From Chara braunii (taxonomy: Eukaryota; Plantae; Charophyceae): DNA of 63,058 bases. Made by a program: the position numbers and the translations under genes. Below, piece by piece: positions 11,856-26,345 of this stretch. Under the pieces are notes generated by a model, which was given only the letters and a program-made list of their open reading frames with translations, made no database searches and had not been told where the DNA came from. The first letter of the stretch is position 1. The number at the start of each line of letters is the position of its first letter. The stretch spans positions 2,773,461 through 2,836,518 of the forward strand of contig BFEA01000014.1 of the NCBI GenBank assembly GCA_003427395.1, given 5' to 3'.

Positions 11856-14800
11856 CTGGGCGTCGTCCAAAACGACCGCTGCACGACCTCTGCAGGCTAC
11901 TGCTGGTCGTTCGGTTTTTGCCTCTACTGTGACCACCTAAACGACCGGTCGGTCTTATGACAACAACCGCACCCTTCTGGTCTATATTCTCGCCCCCTCT
12001 TCGCCGCTCTGAACCCCAAAAAGGTCGTCGACATTTCCCAATCGGGAAACCCGCTGTGCGCCAGAAATGCAACCGGGTATAACGCAGCCTCCTAGCTGCG
12101 AACTAAACCACCAGTACCTTGGGCTTTTTCTGTGGTAAGTCACAGAAAGGGGTGCAGCACTACGAGCCGGCACAAACAGGCGCGCTTAGCCTGAACTGGG
12201 GCTTTCGCACGAGGAGCGGATCAGCGCCCCTACACACAAAGTGGGAGCACAAACAGGAACACTTAGCCATAGCTGGCGTTTCATTACTGAGAGTGGAGGG
12301 GTGTCGCCACATGTGGAATCGCAGTTCGAGCACGAACAGTCGTGCTCAGCCATAGTTGGCACCGCCACACGCCAAACTGGAGTTCAAGCTGGTGCGTTTA
12401 CATGGAGAATGGACAGGCAGTGCAGCATCGGAGGTTGGAGATCGATATGTGGGCGTTTCGCACGAAGATGGCTGGGGTGGATAGTATGTCGTGAAGAGAA
12501 GTAGTTATTGAGTGGCGATGCAACCTCCAAGTCTGTTGGGCTTGGGCTAGTTGAGTTTGCTATAATAGGAACACAACCTTGGAAGACGGCTCACCGATCT
12601 GATATGGCGTCTTTTTGCAGTCATCCTTCGTACTCCACAGATCCTATTGGGACGGGTTGTAGATCAAGGGGGGCTGCTTTGCGCCTTGCTCTGCCCGCAT
12701 CAAAAAATTGGCGGGGTGAGAGTGGAAAGGGGCCACCGTTGGGGAGTCTGTGACACCGGGTCCATTAATGTTTCCCTATGGCTATCGGCAAGATAACCTC
12801 TGATGCCTCAAACGCTTTTGTTGTCGACCATTCGGGTAACGTGGCGTGAGGGCAAAGTTCCCACGAGGTAAGGGCAACATAACATGAAGTGGTAGGTGAG
12901 TGAAGTGGTGGATTCGCAGACGTATGTCGGTCACCCGCTGATTGCTTTGCTTTTCATCAAACGCTTGTGCTACGCTTACCTTTGACTAGATAGTAATCAT
13001 AATTCGGTTCCTGATTCTCATCACCCTGATTGATCCTTTGTTTGGAATTTTTGCGGTTTACACGAACTTAAGTATAATACACGCCTTGCAATCATTTCGT
13101 ATTATACTTCCCTAATTACGGTCTGGATTTGCATTGGGCGACATCTTCCTCTACTTCCATCATCTAAATTGTCAGGAATTACTATCACCATAGTCAATAA
13201 ATTTCCCATAATCTTGTGATTCCAATTCCAAAGTCCAATTTTTATTCCTAGTTCCTATTCAAATTCCTAAGCTTTTGAAGTCTAAAACCTAAACTTCTTA
13301 TTTTCATACTTCTTGAATCATATTTGAATGTGATCTTAGTGATTAATTTTCGTTAATAATTTTTGGATGTCACAGGCTTAGAAAGTTAGCGTACATCCAT
13401 CAATTACTATATGGTGGGGGATAATTCTCAGTCGTTGGAGAGGAGTTGTCAATGTTAAACATAGGTTAAAATTCATGAAGCATTGATGGATTTAACAATA
13501 AGGTATTAATTTGTATGCTGTGTAATGGGGGTAAGCTATCATGAATCAGATATAGTTTCTTGAATTTTATGGATGACATGAGAGTGGCTATTGTGGAAAT
13601 TTAATTTTCTTGATTTGCGTCCTTTGCTCAATCACAATTTTCACATCATCAATTGTCGGGTTCTGTTCAAAATTTTCTGCACCCTTCTTAATTTGTTGGC
13701 CTCCTGTAGAGTTTTTTTACGTATGTGACACTCAGCAACTCATCGGTGATCGTGCTATGGTGATCGTAATTCAACAGCCCTCGAAGACCGATGCCAAAGT
13801 GACATTGGCCGGAGCGAGAGCAAGGTGGCTCAACTACGTAACCTAGCCTATTGGGGTTGTGAGGCCTGACATACAGATCTGGGGGACTGTTGAGGGGGCA
13901 GTTTCAGTGGTCAATCGAGGGTCTAGGCTGGAGCGACGCTAGCCGAGGCTGCTGCAAGGTGGTGCAACTCTACAACCCAGCCTGTCAGGGCCACGAGGCC
14001 TAGTCGAGGGATCTATTTTTTCTTTTAATATGGTCGTATCAGCGGGAGATCATGTGCAATGGGGTAAGTGGGTATTCACCCATCTCAATAGTTTTTGTGG
14101 GGTTCGATATCTCATTGATCTCCATTTGATTTCCCGAGTCTTAAACAGGAATGGATATCCAACTTTTCACCAGTCCTTCTGTTGAGGTGGTAGTGTTCAG
14201 TGGCCAGCCCCATGAATGGCTGATGCTAGAGCAACAAGAGCCGGAGCCGAAGCAAGGTGGTGCAACTATGTAACCTAGTCTGTTGAGTGTGCGAGGCTTG
14301 ATAGAGAGGTCTGGGGGGTAATTTGGAGGGGGCAGTTCTCGTGGACATCGGTGGTTGAAGCCAGAGTGATGCTTCCCTTAGTTGGAGCAATGTGGCACAA
14401 CTCTTTAACAACTTGTTGGGGGTGTGAGGCTTGGAAGAGATATCTGGTTTCTGAAACATGACTGCGTTGGTAAAGGTTTTAGTTGGAGTTCAATGGGTGT
14501 TCATTCATTATATTGAGTTTGAATGATTTAGTCAAGCACTGTTATGGTAGTTAGTAGTTGATTGCAGTGTCCAAAATTTGGTTACTTAAACACTTTTGTC
14601 TCTTTGTTTCGTGGGTTGCTACATGACCTGATAACATTGCATCTATGAATCCCCCCCGACCGCAGTCACGGAGTTCACGATCGCGCCCCCGTGGTCATGA
14701 CCATGGAGGTCACGACGATCGTGGAAGCGCTGTAGTGGCCAGACGAGGGGGGGGGGGGTTCTGAAGGTTGGGGTGCCCAATCTGTTTGTGCACCTCCGGC

Positions 14801-17009
14801 CCCAGGTTATTTTTTTGATTTTTAGGGGGGTTGAAAATACACCCCCCCCCTTTTTTTTGGATTTGAAGTTTCGGGGGTATGTAAGACGTGTGAAAGTATG
14901 CCTGCGCAAAAAAAAAAAAAAAAAAAAAAAAATCAAGTTAGAAACTGTCCTTTTTCATGGTGGTGCAACTTGTCTTCACACCCCCAACAAGCTAGGTTAA
15001 AAAGTTACAGGGGTTTGATATACATTATGTCCTTTTTTATTTCTCATCTTTACAAATAGGATAGATTGTGAATTTCCTCGTATTTTCTTTTGTTTCCTGT
15101 GAAGTTCCTACTAGTTTTATTCCCATACTATGATGAGTGCACACAAGTTTTTGAATTTCTTACGATGACATGCAAATTTGCTTATCGGAATAAAGACACA
15201 ACTTCTCTTTTCTTTCCGGTGATCCGCATAACAAACATTTATTCTCTTTGCATTTCTTTTGATTTTTTCTTTGATTGCAAGTCCGATTTCATACTTCCAT
15301 GTGTGATTCCTTGCGATGCTTTGAATCCTCTAGCGACTTTTTTTTCCGCTCTTTACTTTATTTGTTAAAGTTATTTCCCTCTCTCCCTTTGTGTCATTCC
15401 CGTTCATTCCCTTTACGTCTCTAATTGCCCTCATGGCTGCATATATGAAATTGGCGCATGGAAATGTGATATGTCTCTTACACCATTATTCTACCATGTA
15501 GAACCTACGAGCCTCTCATATTCCCATACTCATGTTTCTTCCGTACGACGCATGGACCCCTTGCTTGCATACTTCTCTCCCTCCGCTCGCAACTATCAAA
15601 TTCCATAAGTGCAACTTCCTTGCACTTTATTTTTTACTCTGTGATATATCGGGTGAATCGACTAATTTTTGTGGTTAATTGAAAAGTTAGGGAATCCGGA
15701 CACACAGACAAGTAGGGTTCGTAAATTCGTCGCAATGGAGTGTAGGGATTACACAAACCTAGCATGCTATTAGCCTAGCATGATGAAAACAGTTATGGCA
15801 GTCAACAAGTGTACAATAATTGATTATCGGTGTTTAGGCAAAAGGAGATGTGATCAAGTGTTGTTGATTGTTTTTTTGTCAATTCTTGGGGAAGCAAGGT
15901 GACACACTTCTTAGTCCTTTTTATTTATATAAGTCGAGTACTTTTTTTCGATGTTCTTTCTCTCTTTCTCCAACTAATGCGTGAAGGTGATCTTTTTGTC
16001 AACATTATTGGTTATGTGTGATGCATAGTTGAGAGTCGGTTATAGAAGTTTGAAATTTCAAAAGTTTTGCATGTCATTGATACGAAAACCTAAAGATCTG
16101 TTCTCTAGAACTTGCCACCGATACATAGAGTAAACATCATATTAACTAACAACAACAAGAAGAAGGAGAAAAAAAACAATATAAATTGAAAGACAATGGT
16201 GCACTTTCCTGCAAAATTCGTTAAAGTTCATCTGACCTAAATTTTAAAAATTTGGGATATGAATGCGCAAAAATTTGAAGCAGTATGAAAGACACCAAAT
16301 TTCAATACTAAGCAACCCTTATTTCAGTTTTGGACTCGTTAGCCACGAGTTGAAAATGGGGTTTCCATTTAACCAATTGTTCTATGGTTGACGATGTGTA
16401 TCTTCATTTCTATTCTGAAGCATTTGCATATAGAATGTCGATTAAGTACCTTAGCGATATTGTAATGGTTACCTATTATAAACAGTTTTCCCTCCATGAG
16501 TGCACATTTGAAATCTGCCGCGTATCTATCACCTCGTTCTCGCACCACGATTTCTGGAGGTAAGTATTTGAAGGCATGCAAGAGAAATGGCGGTCCAAAT
16601 TGATAAGCCATGCATCTTTTGTACTGCAAACGTGAATGAGTCGTGTCACATGGTTCCACTTATGGCACATAAAGAAACGAGACTCGGAAATGGAAGGTTT
16701 GGCTAAGACTAACTGATGTGGTTTCCAAACTTTATCAAATGTGTAAGTGGGCCCTTGTCGAATTTTACAATCCCACATGTACACCCATAACATTTCGTAG
16801 ATGGAAGCAAAGACAAAGACAGTATAACTTTTGTCCTTAAGCTCTACACTACTCTAACTTGAAGTTCATTTTTTTTTTTCTTCATTTTGTTTTTGTCTAT
16901 ATTAACGAGGGAGTGTGTTTTGGCCTTCTTCCCGCCTTCCTCTTGAAGTGTCACTTTTATCATTTTTGAATTTTCCCTTTTAATTACCTAAATACTACTA
17001 ACTCACACA

Positions 17010-17800
17010 GTTCAGAGAAGCAGTTCATACCCGGAACTCCAACCTTGTGTTTTCAAAAGTATTGGCACACCCCTTTCACTACGTTTTTAGGGACTTACAG
17101 TCCACTATAAACAAAAAACAATGTTGAGCATGACATTGGTATCGAGTTTGCCTACAATACTTTGTTGCATCTGGTGATTGGCATTTCTCCATTCGGGCTT
17201 CACCACAGTGGTTGGAACGGCCGCATCTTCGCAGACCTCCATTCAAAAGATGTTGGAGTTGTTGGCCAAAGCCGAACCCACACAAATATGCAAAAGGCCC
17301 AGGCCCACATGCAAGTTGATGCAACAACAACAACTCAAGTGTCTTATCCCATCAGTGAGGGTGACCTTGTACGGGTCTCCCCTAAGGAGCGTCACGTGTC
17401 TCGCAAACTCCTCCCCTACTGGTTTGGACCTTGGCCCATTCGTTCCGCAACTGGTAATCAGCCCGATGGCCCTTCCTTCATCATCAACATACCACCTCCC
17501 CTGCCAATCCACCCGGTCATTCACACTCCCAAGCTGGCTACCCACATTCCGGGCGACAACACAATGTTTCGAGCAGGCGTTTGCATGACCCTCCTATGGA
17601 TGGACATCACGAGGTTGATTGTGTCATCACGTACAATACAACAACAACCCAATGTAGTACAAAGTGTGTTTCAAGCAATGCAACTGCAACGATGCGCGCT
17701 GTATCTCTCAAACAAACTTGCAAGCATTTGCACCACTCATCTACGCTGACTACGAGAAACAACATCTGGCTACGGAGACTTCACAGAGCAGACTGCCCGT
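17010..17800 (+). pseudogene. Degenerate Ty3/gypsy integrase C-terminus and chromodomain remnant (older element)
   Basis: Translates to IEFAYNTLLHLVIGISPFGL, EGDLVRVS...KLLPYWFGPWPI...HPVIHTPKL and DPPMDGHHEVDCVI, collinear with the tail of the element at 24800-25374. Followed by the purine tract AAGAAGGGGGCAG and then TG. Confidence 0.8.
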
Positions 17801-18580
17801 CCCACCAAAACTTCGGTCCCCCCTTCCAATCAACAATTGTGCTATCCTCTGTAGGCTCAATTCTTCAAGAAGGGGGCAGTGTGGTATGCACGGATCCCAC
17901 CTGGTTTGTCTGCATTTGTCTGAAGTTCCTTTTTTGTTGTTGGTCTTAGCTGTTTTGTCTATACTGAGTTCATTTGTTTGGTCAGGATGCGTCCATTCAG
18001 CATTTTGTCCAGACCGGTAGTTCTCTCGACCAGGTGGACCGTTTCAGGCCCAACGACCGTCTTTCAGGCCTGGCGCACATGGTTTAGGGCAGAACTGCAT
18101 TTTCGGTCTAGCCCTTGTTTTGTCCTCTTGTGAGGGCACCTCTGCTGGTTCAGCAAAGGAGCCTGGACGTCCAGTTGGGACCTAGGTAGGCTCTTATGAG
18201 GCCAGGATTCAGGACCAGGTTTTGGGCCTGCATCCTGGACCGTCGATCCGCATTACGATCGGGAGACCCAGGATGCAGACTGCAGCAGCACCAGTAGGCC
18301 CAACACTTCGAGACTAGGGTTGATATGCTGCTGGAGCAGCAGTAGTGGAGCTATAAGGATCACGACGGAGGCCAGGAGTATGGGACAACTCACCTGGGCG
18401 CCATCGCTGTTGTTCGTCTTCAGGGAGCTCCCAGCTGCATCACGCTCAAGATGACGTCTTTACCCCGATTAGTATCTAGCCATGAGGGAGAGCGAAATTG
18501 TGAGGATTCTTCTTATTCTTCTTCGTTTCCTCCCTCGATTCTCCTCCATCTCCCTTCCGTGTTCTCCTTCTTCTTCTTGT

Positions 18581-19357
18581 TGTTGCATGCTGCGCCTGCA
18601 ACAGGCTGCACGGGCCATTGTCAGGCCCGTGTCGTTTTCAGCCTGAAAGCCTGAAAACAAGGGCCCACAGGCCCTATGTCGTTTCAGCCTGAAAGCTTGG
18701 AAACAAGGGCCTACAGGCCCTGTGTCGTTTCAGCCTAAATCAGGGCCTTTCTGGCCCTGAGTCTTTTCAGCCTGAAACCGAGGGCCATTTTGAGGCCCTC
18801 ATAAAATCGACCTGCCCTGAAACTCGGGCACCAGACCAAGGTTTTAGCTCAGGCCATTTTGACCTATTTTCAAGACAACCTTCGTTTGAGCTTCAACACC
18901 AGGGTCTGGCACGTTTTGGCATTGGCAAGAGCAGCCTCCTGGACGGGCCAGCACTATATAAGACTGGCCCGCCCTGCAGGCTGCAGGTAGTTCATAGGGA
19001 CTTCCCAGGCACTTCGCGTGCAGTTCAGGAGGCAGGAGGTAGTCTTCATGATTCGGCAGCAGCACTCTGGAGGAGCGCTGCAGAAGTAGTGGTAGCGCTA
19101 GAAGTAGTCTTCAGCGCTGGGTGCTAGTAGCGGCTAGAGTAGTACTGGAGAGAGAGAGAGATTGGGCGGAGGCCAGGGATACTTACCTGCAGCGCCATAG
19201 CTCCAGCTTCGTCTTCGAGGTACCTGCAGAACAGCGCCAACTTCACAGGTTAGTACCTGGCACGTGAGAGAAAGAGAGAGAGTTCTTCTTCTTCCTCTTC
19301 TCAGTCCACCATCTCCCTCCCACCCTCCCGCTATCTAACTTCACTGCATCAGCAGAC

Positions 19358-19423
<66 letters not shown>

Positions 19424-19893
19424 GTGACATTGGATCCAGACTTGACATTGGGCTTCAGACATTTTGACGAGGGACTATTTGGGACTTGTAACGAATACTT
19501 CCCATCTCCCCCTTCCTCTTCGTCTGATCCCCTCCTCTTCATCTGTGTATGATGTAAACCTGGCGCACTCTTCCTGTGTGTTGCGCCAGGCCCCTTCACA
19601 CCTCGTGATGTGGATGATGTATGTTTGGTCTGTAATGCGACATTGATTGGGCTGGTCATTGGTTTCCTAGCATTCTGCTGCGTTGTGTTGCACTACGTGA
19701 GAGAGGTCAGTCCCGGTTAGATCAGGACTTGTATCTAAGTCTTCCACTGCGCTATTAAGCACCATTCTTGTATGTATCGGAATGCAAACTGTTTGTTGAG
19801 ATTCTTACTTGCACTGCATTGTCCATTCAATCCTGTTTATCACATCGTGGATCCTTGGTTATATATGTACATTGCCCAACTGGGCATGTAATA
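18581..19893 (+). repeat. 5' LTR of element 1
   Basis: TGTTGCATGCTGCGCC...GGGCATGTAATA. Highly similar to 25437-26814. Contains ~42-bp subrepeats and a (GA)n tract. Confidence 0.93.
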
Positions 19894-19895
19894 GT

Positions 19896-19907
19896 TGGTA
19901 TCGGAAC
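19896..19907 (+). promoter_or_regulatory. Primer-binding site (tRNA-iMet type)
   Basis: TGGTATCGGAAC, a 10/12 match to TGGTATCAGAGC, 2 nt after the LTR. Confidence 0.8.
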
Positions 19908-20768
19908 ACCGCATGTGAATCAGGACAACCTGATCTGACACGTGTGTGGGGACTGAGTAGCCGATTAGTCTTGATTGATTGATTAGAGCACACTAGTTAG
20001 CCCCCCCAAAATCACAATTTTGACCTCACTGCCTTGAAATCGATTTTTTTTTTCTTTTCTTCGATTATGTTTTCTCACTATTTCTGTTGTGGAAAATCGC
20101 AATAGCGCAACATCTGAAATTTTTGATTTCGTTATTCTTATGAAAATTCAAAATTTCGTTGTTGAAAATCCAGAATATCTTTTTTTTTCGAAAATTTCGA
20201 TTTCCTTTTGCAATTTCCTGTTTTTTGGAAATCCGGAATATTTTTTCCCAAAATTCATTTTTTTTTTAAACAGTATGGGAATCCCTCTTGCAGTTATCAT
20301 TCTCCAAACTGCGCGTACTCTCATCCGAGTAATTCTGAAAATTTTCTTGTACTTTATTTTCAAAATTATTTTATTGAAAAATCATTTGCGGTCTGAAAGC
20401 TCGAATTTTTTTCTCATTGGTAATTTCGCATTTCAAGGAAATTGGGAGGCCTACTGAACTTGCAAACGAGTATTATTTTTTCCTTTTTCTCGAATTTTTT
20501 TGCAAAGTTCAAACTTTGCTTTTTTTTATTAGTGGCTCCTTATTTGGGCGATTTATCCCACCCCTCCCCACATATGTTGTTGCCCCCTTTGGTTTTCTCT
20601 ATCTGCCTCCGGGTACCCTCTGTGGCGGCATTGGTGAGTTGCCACGTTAGCAGGCCATGTCAGCAGGACACGTCAGCAGGACACGGCAACAGTGCCACAT
20701 CAGCAACCAGTCACCGGAGCAGCAGGTCACGTCAGTGCATGGTGCTCACCTGCTCAAAGACAAGCGGC

Positions 20769-23700
20769 ATGGATCAGCAGCGAAGCGAGACTACCGAGGC
20801 CTATGAGACCCGCATGCTAGACATGGTAGCAGAGTTCAAGCAACGGGCAACTGCGGCGACATCCGCACGTAAGAAGGAAGATCAGGAAGCAGAGGAACAA
20901 CGTCGCCTCGCTGAACAGCCGCGACAGGAGGACGCTGAGGCAGCAAGGAAGGCCGTCGACAACGCCGAGACAAAATCCTCGAATGCGAGGGGGACATCGA
21001 GGTCATCGCCGACGAATGGGCAGTGGCTGCTGAAGAGGAGGGTCCCCCCCTTGCTTTGTGCGGCCTTGCAACCACAACTGAACATGTGAGCGACTTGGTC
21101 ACCACCTGTACAACAGAACAAGAGGACATCCTCTACGTCGACACCCTGGTCTGGAAGCAGGCTCGACTTATCGACGAACTGCTTGACCGGGTACGCCGGC
21201 TGGAACAACAACCAACAACAGCCACCCCCGCCGGACCCTCCAACTTGACGGACTGCGTCAACGTCTTGGAAATCGACGTCGAGATTCTCAAGGACGGCGC
21301 TCTAGCGACAAATCAGCGGATTGACCAGCAGATTTGTGCCGCCGCAGCCAGTCCGACCGCCACTACTGGCGAGAGCATCCCAAAGTTTGACGGCCTGCTG
21401 ATCTTCTGCGATGCAACGAAGACAGACCCGATCCCATGGTGGCACCAGTTCGAGTTGAAGTTGGACATTCACCACGTCATCAACCCGAACCGGCACGCAT
21501 ACTTATACTCCCGCTCAGGGGGCGCGTGCCAGGCATGGTTGTTGTCCACGCACAATGTCGCCGTCTCCGAGCTGCATACGAAGATCAGTTGGGCTGATCT
21601 CAAGTCAGCATGGCATAAGTGGTTCCAAGTGGAGCCGCCCGAGCTTCAGGCAGCCGAGAAACTTCAATGGTTCTATCAGAACGACCTGACAAGCACGGAT
21701 TGGATAACCGAGTACCAACGCTTGGCATCCACGCCCAACTTGCCGTCGACCTTTGTTGCCATCAAACACTTCTTCATCAAGAGGAGTTGTCCGGCGTTGC
21801 AGAACACCTTGACACAAGTTGCGGAGACGCTCACCACAAGTGAGCAGCTTTTGATAAAGCCTCGTAGATCATCGAGATGAACACCGAAGCCAAGAATTTG
21901 GGCCGTTCGTCCGCTGCGAGCCAGGGCAGAGATCAGCATCGACCGAAAGTGACAGTGGTCACAGCAACTACAACGACCGACCCTTTAAACGAGGCTGCCT
22001 CTTCTAATGAAGGAGATAGATAAGCAGCCGCCCGGGATGGTGGCCGACCCGCCAGAGGGCGAGGACGCGGCAAACCGAAGACACACCAATTCATCCCGTG
22101 GGCCGGACCAGCGGCTCAAGAGCCTTGGACACATTACGGTATCTCGGAAGGCGTGTACCGCATCCGTACTAAGTACTGACACTGCTTGTGGTGCAACAGC
22201 GCAGTGCACGACACCGCAACGTGCCCCACGGAAGTCAAAGGCAAATTCCCTTTGGGAAAGTGAGCACCACCGAGAGTGATGCGGCTCCACTCGCGACGCC
22301 TTCGGAACTGGTTGCTTCGCGAGCAACCTCTCTTCATTCCGAGGCACATGCGAAAGTCAACAGTCCTCTCGTATATTCTTATGATGACTATGCTGCCCGA
22401 CTCGTTCCTTCGCTGGGTTCTCAAGCTCAAGGACAAAATGTGTGTGTGGCTTCTTCTCCGTCCGGCAACAACGGCAATGAATCGTCTTCAAGTGGTTCTT
22501 CAAGGGATTCGACGCACGAGTTCAACATAGAGGCCTTGGACCCGTTGACGTCCGAGGATTTTGCATGGCTTCCTTTCCCTTCCACAGGCTGCTTGCCGGG
22601 ACCGCAATGCACAACACTATGCGCCCATCTCCACACATAATTAGCCTTCTATGCACCACCACCTTCGCCAACGGATGACGAAGCTGCGGTGGGGCACATC
22701 CTTGCGTATGTTACCAAGGTGGCCAGCGAGTTTCGCATGTAGCGGTACGATGATAACAACACACCGCTCCTTTATGTCCGCATCCAAGTTGGGCAAGCGT
22801 CCTGCAGCGCTTTGCTGGATAGCTGCGCGACTGGCAATTTCATCAGCCAGTCCTTCATCCAAAGGGCCGGCCTTGGCGCACAAGTTCGAAGGAAGCCAAA
22901 CCCGACGGCAATCAAGTTGGCGGACGATTGGACACAACAACTCCTCGATCGCTACATTGAAGCTGTGCTGGTTTATTTTGCACCTCATGCACGCGAACCG
23001 ACGAATTTTTGACATCTTGGACACGAACTTCGACATCATTTTGGGGATGCCTTGGCTTGCAAGTCGGATCACACGGTTAACTTTCATCGGCGGACACTTA
23101 CCATTTGCGACGCCTTTGGCGCAAAGGTGTCGTGTACCATTCCTCTTCTGCACCCCTCGATCCGGTGTCAAGTTGCAATGGCCAAGTCTTTTCAGGCCAC
23201 TTGCGCTTACGAGCGGACCGACGAGATAGACCTATGTTTTCTACGAGTTGTCGCGACGACCGAATCTTCACCTACGGACTTGTCTTCGGACCCCCGAGTG
23301 GTGCGGGTGCTCGACGAGTTCACCGACATCTTCCAGTCTCCTACCGGTGTGGTGCCGGATCGGCCGATCTCCAACGAGATCATTCTTGAGGCCGGTGCCG
23401 TGCCACTGAAAGGATGCATCTATCGCATGAGCGAGGAAGAGCTCGCGGTTCTCCGCACGCAACTCAATGATCTGTTTGACAAGGGCTGGATCCGCGCTAG
23501 TAGCTCACCATACGGTGCGCCAGTTCTCTTCGTACGAAAGAAGAACAAGGATCTTCGCTTGTGCATCGACTACCGCAAGCTCAACGCACAAACCGTCGAG
23601 AATGTGGGACCTCTTTCTCGGATTGACGACCTTCTCGAGCGTTTGGGCGGCACACAATTCTTGTTGAAGTTGGACTTAAAGTCGGGCTATCACCAAATCT

Positions 23701-25374
23701 CGATCCGCCCGCAAGATCGCTACAAATCCGCATTCAAGACACGATACGGGCATTTTGAGTGGATCGTTATGGCTTTTGGCCTCACCAATGCCTCGACGAC
23801 CTTTCAAGCGACAATGACCAACGAGTACCTTGCGATGTTGGACCGGTTCGTACTAGTCTACTTAGACGACATTCTCGTCTATAGCTGGACATTGGAGGAT
23901 CATCTTGAGCACCTTCGACGAGTGTTGGAGACGCTCCGCCGCGCCAAGTACAAAGCCAACCGCGACAAGTGCGAATTTGTCTGGCAAGAGCTGGAATACT
24001 TGGGCCATTTTGTCACACCGGAGTGCATCACTCCGTTGTCAGACAAGATTCAAGCCATCCAAGAGTGGTCGGAGCTGAAGAACGTCACAAATGTTCATTC
24101 CTTCCTTGGCTTAGCCGACTACTATCAACGCTTCATCAAGGGATACTTCGAGATCGTGGCCCCTTTATCCAAGCTTCAATGTGAGGACCGACCATTCAAC
24201 TTCGACGACAATGCGGGAACTTTCTTTTTGGCTCTCAAAGCTACATTGCTATCCACGGAGGTGTTGCGCACCTACGACCCGCTCCTGCCGACACGTGTCA
24301 CTACTGATGCGTCCGCTATGGCATTGGTGCCGTCCTCGAGCAACATGATGGCGTGGAATGGCACCCGATCGAGTACTTTAGCAAGAAAGTGACCGCCGTG
24401 CACTCGATGGACGATGCACGAAAGAAGGAATTATTGGCCTTCGTACACGCGCTCAAGCGCAGGCGGCATTTTCTTCTCGGTCGACGGCAGTTCCGATGGG
24501 TAACGGATAACAATCCATTGGTCTTCTAGGAGACCGAAGACAGTCAATAGCACCATTGCCCGTTGGACGACCTTCATTGACCAGCTTGACTTTTCCCCGA
24601 CCACATTCCAGGCAAGTCAAACCGTTTTGTGGATGCTCTTTCACAGCGTCTGGACCATTGTACCGCAGTCTGCTCAACTTTTCAGATTCACGACGACTTG
24701 TGAGACAACTTCATCCGCGGCTACCAAGTCGACCCCAAGTTTTGCCACAATTACGCAAATTGCTCCTCTCCCAATCTGGCGCCACCGCACTATCGGATCC
24801 AAGAGAGCTCCTTGTCAAGGCACGAGACCAGATGGCAAAGACGCAGCAACGCATGAGCCAACAAGCCAATCGCCAGCGTCTTCCCTGTTCATTCCGCGCC
24901 GGCGACCTTGTCTGGGTTTCCGCCGCGGAATTCAGCCTCGAACAAGACATCTCTTGCAAGCTCCTCCCGAAACGGATGGGGCCTTGGCCGATCGTGGCAC
25001 CCGCTGGGGATGCACCCGAAGGACCTTCTTTCAACATTCAGGTGCTCGCCCACTTGCCCGTCTACCTGGTCTTTCATTGCTCCAAGTTGACTCTTTACAC
25101 GCCAACGGAACATGACGACTTCCCCGGGCGACGATCCCAAGACCCACCCTTGATGGACGGTTTTCAAGAGGTTGGTGACATCATCTCCCAGCGACGCTAC
25201 GACAACAGGCCAACCGAGTACTTGGTGGTACACTTTGCGTACTGCACCCACAAAGCTGACCGTTGGTTGACCCGTGCGGAACTCCAAGCAACAGCTCCAG
25301 ATGTTCTCGCGCGCTACGAATGCAAGATGCAAGGCAAGCCGGTATCTTCGGCTCCACATTGCACCCGCGTCTAG
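20769..25374 (+). pseudogene. Frameshifted gag-pol of element 1
   Basis: Gag-like ORF 21023-21880; protease LLDSCATGNFIS; RT LRLCIDYRKLN, LDLKSGYHQI and YLDDIL; RNase H VTTDAS; GPWPI motif and chromodomain-like FQEVGDII...EYLVVHF...DRWLTRAEL. Confidence 0.92.
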
Positions 25375-25423
25375 GTTCCACCTTCAGATAGTCACCTTTG
25401 CCCTCGACCCCGTTTGACTTCAT

Positions 25424-25436
25424 AAGGAGGGGGGGG
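25424..25436 (+). promoter_or_regulatory. Polypurine tract of element 1
   Basis: AAGGA followed by a G run, directly before the 3' LTR. Confidence 0.85.
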
Positions 25437-26279
25437 TGTTACATGCTGCGCCTGCAACAGGCTGCACGGGCCATTTTCAGGCCCGTGTCGTTTTCAGCCC
25501 GAAAGCCTGAAAACAAGGGCCTACAGGCCCTGTGTCGTTTCAGCCTGAAAGCCTGAAAACAAGGGCCTACAGGCCCTGTGTCGTTTCAGCCTAAATCGGG
25601 GCCTTTCCGGCCCTGAGTCTTTTCAGCCTGAAAGTGAGGACCATTTTCAGGCCCTCATAAGATCGACCTGCCCTGAAACTCAGGCACCAGACCAGGGTTT
25701 TAGCTCAGGCCATTTTTGGCCTATTTTCAAGACAACCTTTGTTTGAGCTTCAACCCCAGGGTCTGGCATGTTTTGGCATTGGCAAGAGCAGCCTCCTGGA
25801 CGGGCCAGCACTATATAAGACTGGCCCGCCCTGCAGGCTGCAGGTAGTTCATAGGGACTTCCCANNNNNNNNNNNNNNNNNNNNNNNNNNNNNNNNNNNN
25901 NNNNNNNNNNNNNNNNNNNNNNNNNNNNNNNNNNNNNNNNNNNNNNNNNNNNNNNNNNNNNNNNNNNNNNNNNNNNNNNNNNNNNNNNNNNNNNNNNNNN
26001 NNNNNNNNNNNNNNNNNNNNNNNNNNNNNNNNNNNNNNNNNNNNNNNNNNNNNNNNNNNNNNNNNNNNNNNNNNNNNNNNNNNNNNNNNNNNNNNNNNNN
26101 NNNNNNNNNNNNNNNNNNNNNNNNNNNNNNNNNNNNNNNNNNNNNNNNNNNNNNNNNNNNNNNNNNNNNNNNNNNNNNNNNNNNNNNNNNNNNNNNNNNN
26201 NNNNNNNNNNNNNNNNNNNNNNNNNNNNNNNNNNNNNNNNNNNNNNNNNNNNNNNNNNNNNNNNNNNNNNNNNNNNNNN

Positions 26280-26345
<66 letters not shown>

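Noticed and set aside
19179-19189. U1 snRNA gene
   Set aside because: Only the first 11 nt match, and the site lies inside an LTR.
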